Below, piece after piece: positions 24,556 to 32,000 of a DNA stretch of 32,000 nt. Numbering within the stretch: position 1 is the stretch's first letter; every line of letters begins with the position of its first letter. The translations under genes were made by a program, and so were the position numbers. The DNA comes from Mycobacterium leprae TN (GTDB lineage Bacteria > Actinomycetota > Actinomycetes > Mycobacteriales > Mycobacteriaceae), in contig NC_002677.1 in assembly GCF_000195855.1 (NCBI RefSeq), positions 300,001 through 332,000 on the forward strand, given 5' to 3'. Under the pieces are notes generated by a model. The model did no database searches. It had not been told where the DNA came from and saw nothing but the letters and a program-made list of their open reading frames with translations.

Positions 24556-26034
24556 CTAGTCAGGTTCGGATTTCTGCTGGGATTGTTTGCCTGTACGTGT
24601 TGAGGCCTTTTCTGCTGCCTGAGCTGCGGCACTGCCGGGTCGCTTGCGCTGCACCCAGTTTTCGATGTTGCGTTGGGGGCTCACGGAAACAGCCAGTGCC
24701 CCCGGCGGGACGTCGTTGCGCACGACTGTGCCGGCGCCTGTGTAAGCGCCGTCGCCCACAGTCACCGGCGCGACGAACTTGGTGTCCGACCCAGTGCGTA
24801 CGTGTGACCCGATAGTGGTGCGCTGTTTGGCTGTGCCATCGTAGTTGACGAATACGCTGGACGCGCCGATGTTGCTGTGCTCGCCGATATCGGCGTCGCC
24901 GACGTAGGTCAAATGCGGCACTTTGGCGCCGGTTCCGATTGTGGAGTTTTTGGTCTCGACGAAGGCGCCCAACTTACCCTTGGTGCCCAGCACGGTTCCG
25001 GGCCTCAGGTAGGTGAACGGACCGACCATAGCGCCCGCACCTATAGTTGACGATGTGCCGTGCGTGCGGACCACTGTGGCACGCTGACTGACCAAGACGT
25101 CGGTCAGCGTGGTGTCCGGGCCGATGACGCAGCACTCGCCGATCTGAGTGCGGCCGAGCAACTGAGTACCGGGGTGGATTACGGTGTCGTTGCCTATAGT
25201 CACGTCTATATCGATCCAAGTGGTAGCAGGATCGATGATGGTAACGCCGGCCACCTGGTGAGTGGCCACAATGCGGCGGTTGAGTTCGGCGCTCAGTTCG
25301 GCCAGCTGAACGCGGTTGTTGACGCCAGCCACAAGTGCGTTGTCGTCGATGTGTTGAGCATTCACCTTTTGGCCTTCCCTGCGAAGGATGGAGATCACGT
25401 CGGTGAGGTAGAGCTCCTGTTGGGTGTTGTTGGAGTTCAGTCTGATCAACGCCGACCGCAACGCCGTGATATCGAAGGCATACACGCCGGCATTTACCTC
25501 GCGGATCTCGCGTTGTGAAGGCGATGCGTCGGCGTGCTCGATAATCGCCATAACTTCATTGTCCTGGGTGCGCAGGATCCGGCCGTAGCCAAGGGGATCG
25601 CTAAATGTCGTGGTTAGCACCGTCACTGCGGCGGATGTGGCGTTGTGGGTTGCGATCAGTTCGGCCAGAGTGTTGGCGTCGAGCAGTGGGGTATCGCCTG
25701 AAGTTACAACGACAATGCCGCCGTAGTCATCGGGTAATGCGGACAGGCCACAGAACACGGCATGTCCGGTACCGCGAGGTCGATCCTGTAATGCGACGTC
25801 AATCGTGCGTTCGAGGGTGTCGGCCAGTTCGGCGACTAGCGGCGCAATGCGCTGATGCTCGTGGCCTAGTACCACGACTAGATGCTGGGGTGCCAGTTTG
25901 GTGATCGCGTGCAGTGAATGCGACAACATGCTGCGACCAGCGATGGTGTGCAGCACTTTCGGTGTATCTGACCGCATTCGGCTGCCGGGGCCGGCCGCTA
26001 AGACGAGGACCGCGGTATCACCACGAAACGTCAT
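24556..26034 (-). CDS. glmU: Bifunctional GlcNAc-1-P uridyltransferase / glucosamine-1-P acetyltransferase
   Basis: [21 protein letters not shown]; hexapeptide repeats; GTFVETKN-like [32 protein letters not shown] at 26034 ([11 protein letters not shown]) preferred over the track start at 26112. Confidence 0.95.
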
Positions 26035-26131
26035 CGACTCTCCTCGAGTGGTTTGCCCGTGAGCGCGCGTGTCTGTACGTCGACTCGCCGTCAAGCGTGG
26101 CATTTCATGCACGCTTGCGGCAAAAACGCCG

Positions 26132-26203
26132 TTCCGTCGTCAGGACTCGAACCTGAACTATCTGAACCAAAATCAGAGGTGCTGCCGATTACACCACGAC
26201 GGA
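26132..26203 (-). tRNA. tRNA-Gln (anticodon TTG)
   Basis: Reverse complement folds: acceptor TCCGTCG/CGACGGA, D arm GTG..CAC, anticodon stem TCTGA/TCAGA with loop TTTTGGT, T arm TCAGG-TTCGAGT-CCTGA, discriminator A. 3' CCA not encoded. Confidence 0.93.
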
Positions 26204-26340
26204 TTGGATACCTACGAGGAGCGGTCCGCCGTGGTTGGTGGGCCGCGTCACCATATGACTCTAGTCTGCGGGCCGCGTCCGGCACGAGAGGAGTCTGAAT
26301 AATTTGATCAGGCGTACCTAATATCATCAACGGTGTGGCG

Positions 26341-26998
26341 GTGTTGGATAAAGAGCCGGACAAAGAAGTGCGCGCAGCGCGTCAGGATGACCGGTAATGA
26401 GCGCCGTCGCCAACTTATTTGGTATCGCGCGCTCGTTGTTTGCTGAGCGCTGCTATGACGGGGCCTCAATCGAAGAGATCTCGCAGCGGCTAACGTGTCC
26501 AAGCCGGTCGTGTATGAACATTATCGGCGGCAAGGAAGGCCTCTACGCGGTGGTGGTCGACCGTGAGATGTCGGCATTGTTGGACGGCATCACCTTGTCG
26601 CTGACCAAATAATTGGTCCCGGGTGCGTGTCGAGCGGTTCGCGCTGGCCTTGCTCACTTACGTGCGAAGAACGCACGGACTGCTTCCGGATCATGATCTG
26701 CGACTCCCCGGTCTCGATCAGTTCGGGAACTTAATTCCAGCATGCTAAACGACGCCGTCAGCCAGGTCAGCTCCATCCTGGCCGGCGACGCTCGTCGTGG
26801 CCTAGACCCGAGCCTGGCCTAGCTGTACGCGCAAGCACTGGTGGGTTCGGTGTCGATGACGGCGCAATGGTGGCTCCACATACGGGAGTCCAAAAAGGAA
26901 AAAATGGAAAAAATGTAGTAGTCGCAGCCCACCTGGTTAACCTGATGTGGAATGGTCTGACCCACCTGGAGGTTGTTCCTCGGCTGCAGGACGAGTAG
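26341..26998 (+). pseudogene. TetR-family transcriptional regulator, frameshifted pseudogene (Rv1019-like)
   Basis: Pieces in different frames: VLDKEPDKEVRAARQDDR*; MSAVANLFGIARSLFAERCYDGASIEEISQRL...GGKEGLYAVVVDREMSALLDGITLSLTK*; TDCFRIMICDSPVSISSGT (26675-26731); MLNDAVSQVSSILAGDARRGLDPSLA*LYAQALVGSVSMTAQWWLHIRES; VVVAAHLVNLMWNGLTHLEVVPRLQDE* (26915-26998). Confidence 0.88.
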
Positions 26999-27854
26999 GT
27001 TTTGGCGCGTTGAACACACGGCACTGGAACAGTGGAAAACCATCGGAAATTACGACTTATTCGATGATCCAGCCGGAACACGTTACTAGAGCTAACGATT
27101 CTGCTTAAGCGAAGTCGCGTGACAGCAGGTCAGCGATCGTTTAGCGGCGGACTAGTGTACGGGCCCGACCATTCTTGATCGTTACCAAAGGTGGTGGGTC
27201 GACTGTACTGTAGTGTGACCCCATTCTGTGGTGGTAAGCACCGGTGCAGGACACAGCCAGCATGTCGCCGGGGTAGCACGTCAGCAGGCAGCTCGATATC
27301 GCGAGCGATTTCGTCGCCGGCTTCGCAGTGCTGCCCCGCTAAGGTGGACACGCCGTTTGACTCCCAGCTGGACGCCGGCTCGCCGACGTGACCGTGTACT
27401 GCTTCCTGCCCCGTACAGCGACACCCACAGGTGATCGCTCACATTGCTGTCCACTGCAGCGAAAGTGCGGACATCGGGCTGGTCCTTAACCGAACACACA
27501 CGCAGTAAAATGTGACACTGGCCCAGCCGCTGATCGTCAGGCCATACTATACACCTTATGATCATTATGGCCGGGCGGGGGAAATGCTCGGTGGCGTCCG
27601 CGTGATAGAGCGACTCCTCGATCACGCAGATCAGCTTGCCGGGGTATAGTCCGCGATTTTCAGCCACATACGGGATACCGATACCAGTAGCCATTTCCGA
27701 TGTTGCATTCGGTGAGGATGACGCTGTTCTGGGTACGTACATTGGTCATCGCCGCGATGAATACGGTGAATAGCCTCGCTGTACAGGGCCGCGTCGGTGA
27801 CCTGCGAGTCGCTATTGCAATGCAGCCCGACTAGATCGCGGGATCGAATCGCTG

Positions 27855-27892
27855 GGGCGCTGCCTTGCCAAAAGGGCGCTGCCTTGCCAAAA
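27855..27892. repeat. 19-bp perfect tandem duplication
   Basis: gggcgctgccttgccaaaa at 27855-27873 and 27874-27892. Confidence 0.93.
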
Positions 27893-28066
27893 GACAGCAA
27901 GAAGCTCTTTTGGTGGTACGAACTGGCCTCAATATCAATGTCATGCTTCTAAGGTGTGCTTGGGTGGTGTCGGGTGCGGTTATCCTCACGATACCGTGAC
28001 GGGCCCGCCGGGGTCGCTCTTGACGAAGCCCCCTAGTGCCCCCGATGGACCCTAGAATAGGGCATC

Positions 28067-31000
28067 ATGACCGCACCGGGGCCTGCTTGCCTAGACACCC
28101 CAATCGCGGGGCTCGTTGAATTGGCACTCACTGCGCCGACCTTCGGCCAGCTCATGGAGCGCGCGGGCACTAGACCAGCTGAATTGATCCTGGCTGGCCC
28201 TGCCTGTGCGCGGTTGTTCGTCGCCAGTGCGCTGGCTAGGCTGGGTCCCTTGCTGGTGGTTACCGCCACCGGTCGTGAAGCGAGCAATCTTACCGCAGAG
28301 CTGCGCGGTGTCTTCGGCGCCGCGGTGGCGATGTTCCCGTCCTGGGAGACGCTGCCGCACGAACGACTTTCACCTGGTGTAGACACCGTCGGTGCCCGGC
28401 TGATGGTGCTGCGCCGACTAGCCCATCCCGACGATGCCCGGTTGGGTCCACCCTTGCAGGTGGTGGTGACCGCGGTGCGTTCGCTGCTGCAGCCGATGAC
28501 AGCGCAGCTGGGTTTGGTGGAACCTGTTACCTTGAGCGTTGGCGATGAGATCGGTTTTGAACGGGTTATCGCGCGCCTGGTCGAGCTGGCATATACCCGG
28601 GTAGATATGGTCGGCCGGCGCGGCGAGTTCGCCGTCCGCGGTGGGATTCTCGATATTTTCGGCCCGACTGCCGAACATCCGGTGCGTGTCGAATTCTGGG
28701 GTGACGAGATTACCGAGATGCGGATGTTTTCGGTGGTCGATCAGCGCTCTATTCCCGAGATCGGTGTTGACACGTTGGTTGCGATAGCCTGCCGGGAACT
28801 GCTGCTCAGCGACGACGTGCGAGCTCGGGCTGTCGAGTTGGCCGCGCAGGCGGCTGCACGGCGACCGACAGAGGAACCTGCCATCTCCGGCAGCGTCACT
28901 GACGTGTTGGCCAAGCTAGCCGAAGGGATACCAGTCGACGGGATGGAGGCTCTACTCCCGGTACTTTGTCCTGACGATTATGCGCTGCTGACTGACCAGT
29001 TCGCTGCTGACACGCCGGTGTTGCTGTGTGACCCGGAAAAGGTCCGCATTCAGGCCGCCGATTTGATCAAGACCGATCGAGCATTCCTCGAGGCGTCGTG
29101 GTCGGTTGCCGCCATAGGTGCAGACAACGCGGCACCCGTCGATGTCGAGCAGCTGTACGGGTCGGGGTTCGTAGAATTAGGCGACGTGCAGGCCGCCGCC
29201 ATCCGGTCCGGTCATCCGTGGTGGACCTTGAGCCAACTGTCCGACGAGTCGGCTTTGGAGCTCGACATCCGGGCGGCACCGTCGACGCGTGGGCATCAGC
29301 ATGCCATCGACGGCATTTTTGCGATGCTGCGTGCGCATGTTGCCACCGGTGGATATGCGGCGATCGTCACGCCTGGGACCGGAACCGCCCATCGAGTGGT
29401 GGAGCGACTTGCCGAGTCTGACATTCCGGGTGCGATGCTGGAACCGGCTGCCGCCCCCGGACTTGGCCTGCGACCAGGCCTGGTCGGGGTGCTCAAAGGT
29501 CCGCTGCTTGATGGTGTGGTTATACCGGGCGCCAACCTGGTGATCATCACCGAAGCCGATCTGACCGGCAGCCGAGCGACGCCTGTCGAGGGCAAGCGGC
29601 TGGCGGCCAAGCGGCGCAGCGCCGCCGATCCGTTGGCACTTACCGCTGGTGACTTGGTGGTGCATGATCAGCACGGCATCGGACGGTTCGTGGAAATGGT
29701 TGAGCGCACCGTTGGCGGTGCTCGTCGCGAGTACCTGGTGCTGGAATATGCCTCGAATAAGAAAAGTAAGCAGGCCGACAAGCTGTATGTTCCGATGGAT
29801 TCGCTGGATCAGTTGTCACGGTATGTAGGCGGGCAAGCGCCGGCGCTTAGCCGGCTCGGCGGCAGCGACTGGGCTAATACCAAGACCAAGGCCCGCTGCG
29901 CGGTGCGAGAAATTGCGGGTGAATTGGTGTCGCTATACGCCAAACGCCAGGCCAGCCCCGGACACGCATTCGGGCCGGACACGCCCTGGCAGGCCGAGAT
30001 GGAGGACGCGTTTGGCTTCACCGAGACCGTCGACCAGCTCACCGCGATCACCGAGGTCAAGGGCGATATGGAAAAGTCGGTGCCGATGGACCGAGTGATC
30101 TGCGGTGACGTTGGTTACGGCAAGGCCGAGATCGCGGTGCGTGCGGCGTTCAAGGCAGTGCAGGACGGCAAGCAGGTTGCCGTATTGGTACCGACCACAT
30201 TGCTGGCCGACCAGCATCTGCGGACGTTCACCGAACGGATGGCCGGATTTCCGGTGACTGTCAAGGGGTTGTCACGGTTCACCGACGCCGCCGAGTCTCG
30301 CGCGGTGATCGACGGCCTTGCCGAGGGGTCGGTGGACATCGTGATCGGCACGCATCGGCTGCTGCAGACCGGGGTGTGCTGGAAGGATCTGGGTCTAGTC
30401 GTGGTTGACGAGGAACAGTGGTTCGGCGTCGAGCACAAGGAGCACATCAAGTCGCTGCGCACCCACGTCGACGTGCTGACCATGAGCGCCACCCCGATCC
30501 CGCGCACCCTAGAGATGAGCTTGGCTGGGATTCGCGAGATGTCGACGATCCTGACGCCGCCCGAAGAGCGCTACCCGGTTTTGACTTATGTAGGGCCGCA
30601 CGATGACAAGCAGGTCGCGGCTGCGCTGCGGCGCGAACTTCTGCGCGATGGGCAGGCGTTTTATGTGCATAACCGGGTCAGCTCCATCTATCAGGCCGCT
30701 GCCCGGGTGTGTGGCTTGGTGCCCGAAGCGCGCGTGGTGGTCGCGCATGGGCAGATGCCCGAGGATCTGCTGGAAACCACCATGCGGGGGTTCTGGAACC
30801 GCGAATACGACATCTTAGTGTGCACCACGATCGTGGAGACCGGCTTGGACATCCCCAACGCCAACACGCTCGTCGTCGAGCGCGCCGATACCTTCGGTCT
30901 GTCTCAGCTGCACCAGCTGCGGGGTCGGGTCGGCCGTAGCCACGAGCGTGGTTACGCCTACTTCCTCTACCCGCCGCAGGCGCCGCTGACGGAGATCGCC

Positions 31001-31741
31001 TACGACCGGTTGGTGACCATCGCACAGAACAATGAGCTGGGAGCGGGCATGGCGGTCGCGCTCAAGGACCTAGAGATCCGCGGCGCCGGCAACGTGCTAG
31101 GTGTCGAGCAGTCCGGGCACGTAGCAGGGGTCGGATTCGACCTTTATGTGCGGCTGGTGGGTGAGGCCGTCGAGGCGTACCGAGCCGTTGCCGACGGCAA
31201 AACCGCCATTACTCCGGAGGAGCCGAAGGATGTACGGATCGACTTGCCGGTGGATGCACACCTGCCGCCAGATTACATCGCCAGTGATCGGCTCCGACTT
31301 GAAGGCTACCGGCGGTTGGCCGCGGCGTCTTCTGACACAGAGGTAGCGGCCGTTGTGGACGAGCTCATTGATCGCTACGGGGCACTGCCAGAGCCGGCCC
31401 AGCGGTTGGTGGCGGTGGCTCAGTTGCGGCTGCTGTGTCGAGGCTCGGGCATCATCGAAGTGACCGCCCCGTCGGCCTCTACCATGCGGTTGTCCCCAAT
31501 TAGGCTGATAGATTCCGCCCAAGTGAGGTTAAAGCGGATGTATCCCGGAGCGCAGTACCGTGCTACCGCGGCCACGGTCCAGGTTCCTATACCGCGAGCC
31601 GGCAGCTCCGGGGGAACCTTAGGTGTCCCGTGTATCCGCGATGTGGAATTGGTTCAGGCGGTGGCTGACTTGATCACGGCGCTGCAGGGCCTACCGAGGA
31701 AGGTTATTGGCATAACGGGACCGGAACCGACATCGAAGTGA
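28067..31741 (+). CDS. mfd: Transcription-repair coupling factor
   Basis: 1224 aa. UvrB-like N-terminus, RID region, RecG-like helicase motifs ([51 protein letters not shown]), C-terminal TRCF domain. Confidence 0.96.
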   Translation: MTAPGPACLDTPIAGLVELALTAPTFGQLMERAGTRPAELILAGPACARLFVASALARLGPLLVVTATGREASNLTAELRGVFGAAVAMFPSWETLPHERLSPGVDTVGARLMVLRRLAHPDDARLGPPLQVVVTAVRSLLQPMTAQLGLVEPVTLSVGDEIGFERVIARLVELAYTRVDMVGRRGEFAVRGGILDIFGPTAEHPVRVEFWGDEITEMRMFSVVDQRSIPEIGVDTLVAIACRELLLSDDVRARAVELAAQAAARRPTEEPAISGSVTDVLAKLAEGIPVDGMEALLPVLCPDDYALLTDQFAADTPVLLCDPEKVRIQAADLIKTDRAFLEASWSVAAIGADNAAPVDVEQLYGSGFVELGDVQAAAIRSGHPWWTLSQLSDESALELDIRAAPSTRGHQHAIDGIFAMLRAHVATGGYAAIVTPGTGTAHRVVERLAESDIPGAMLEPAAAPGLGLRPGLVGVLKGPLLDGVVIPGANLVIITEADLTGSRATPVEGKRLAAKRRSAADPLALTAGDLVVHDQHGIGRFVEMVERTVGGARREYLVLEYASNKKSKQADKLYVPMDSLDQLSRYVGGQAPALSRLGGSDWANTKTKARCAVREIAGELVSLYAKRQASPGHAFGPDTPWQAEMEDAFGFTETVDQLTAITEVKGDMEKSVPMDRVICGDVGYGKAEIAVRAAFKAVQDGKQVAVLVPTTLLADQHLRTFTERMAGFPVTVKGLSRFTDAAESRAVIDGLAEGSVDIVIGTHRLLQTGVCWKDLGLVVVDEEQWFGVEHKEHIKSLRTHVDVLTMSATPIPRTLEMSLAGIREMSTILTPPEERYPVLTYVGPHDDKQVAAALRRELLRDGQAFYVHNRVSSIYQAAARVCGLVPEARVVVAHGQMPEDLLETTMRGFWNREYDILVCTTIVETGLDIPNANTLVVERADTFGLSQLHQLRGRVGRSHERGYAYFLYPPQAPLTEIAYDRLVTIAQNNELGAGMAVALKDLEIRGAGNVLGVEQSGHVAGVGFDLYVRLVGEAVEAYRAVADGKTAITPEEPKDVRIDLPVDAHLPPDYIASDRLRLEGYRRLAAASSDTEVAAVVDELIDRYGALPEPAQRLVAVAQLRLLCRGSGIIEVTAPSASTMRLSPIRLIDSAQVRLKRMYPGAQYRATAATVQVPIPRAGSSGGTLGVPCIRDVELVQAVADLITALQGLPRKVIGITGPEPTSK

Positions 31742-31756
31742 GGAATAACAGGTTCG

Positions 31757-32000
31757 GTGAACGTGGTTTTGTTTGACCCGCGTTGCCCTGGTCACTGCCG
31801 GCGGCGCGTCCTGCGCATTCCGGTGATGATGTGCCGCTGTTGTTGTCGTCCGACCCGAGCCGCCTCGCCGTCATTGTGTGACCGACCTCCGGTTCCCGGC
31901 TGATTTCGGCACCGGAGGCTCCGCATGGCGAGCGGCTGGTCGACGCCTTCGCGATGATGCACAAACTGCGCACAGCTGGCCTTTGGGAAGGGGACTAGAT
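31757..32000 (+). pseudogene. mazG: mazG (NTP pyrophosphohydrolase) N-terminal pseudogene, truncated by window
   Basis: GTG 31757 VNVVLFDPRCPG, then another frame HSGDDVPLLLSSDPSRLAVIV* (31816-31881), then PHGERLVDAFAMMHKLRTAGLWEG (from 31921). Matches remembered Mtb MazG segments but is interrupted by a frameshift, deletion and stop. Confidence 0.8.

Noticed and set aside
26034-26112. N-terminal extension of GlmU ([26 protein letters not shown])
   Set aside because: The extension reads antisense into the tRNA flank and does not match GlmU N-termini. [20 protein letters not shown] is the expected start.
30930-30960. His after the arginine-finger motif in Mfd ([11 protein letters not shown]) as a damaging change
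   Set aside because: E. coli Mfd also has RGRVGRSH at this position, so it is within normal variation.

Overview
The gene order and recognisable protein sequences identify this window as a Mycobacterium leprae (or very close relative) chromosome segment. It joins two blocks that are separate in M. tuberculosis (Mtb). Block 1 (1-8.6 kb): 3' end of an Rv3604c-like gene, an Rv3603c-like gene, panC, panD, coaX, lysS, lsr2, clpC. Block 2 (9.6-32 kb): pabB(-), degenerate Rv1006 site, metS(-), tatD, rpfB, ksgA, ispE, fatty-acyl-CoA/AMP synthetase (pks16-like), pth(-), rplY(-), lpqT(-), arsC-like(-), prsA(-), glmU(-), tRNA-Gln(TTG)(-), tetR pseudogene, mfd, mazG pseudogene. The rest is non-coding or decayed DNA typical of a reduced genome, with a (TA)10 microsatellite and a 20-nt poly-C tract. 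I found no defence system, CRISPR array, phage, transposase or biosynthetic cluster, and nothing supporting a wholly new system. The most useful observations are molecular: an altered Walker A (GYGKA) and a DEEQW in Mfd; Leu at PanD position 117, the site of M117I/T pyrazinamide-resistance changes; loss of the catalytic Cys position in the ArsC-like protein; a reconstructable TetR pseudogene; a mazG pseudogene; and mutually exclusive stems in the leader between tatD and rpfB. Comparisons with Mtb proteins are from memory and need alignment to confirm.
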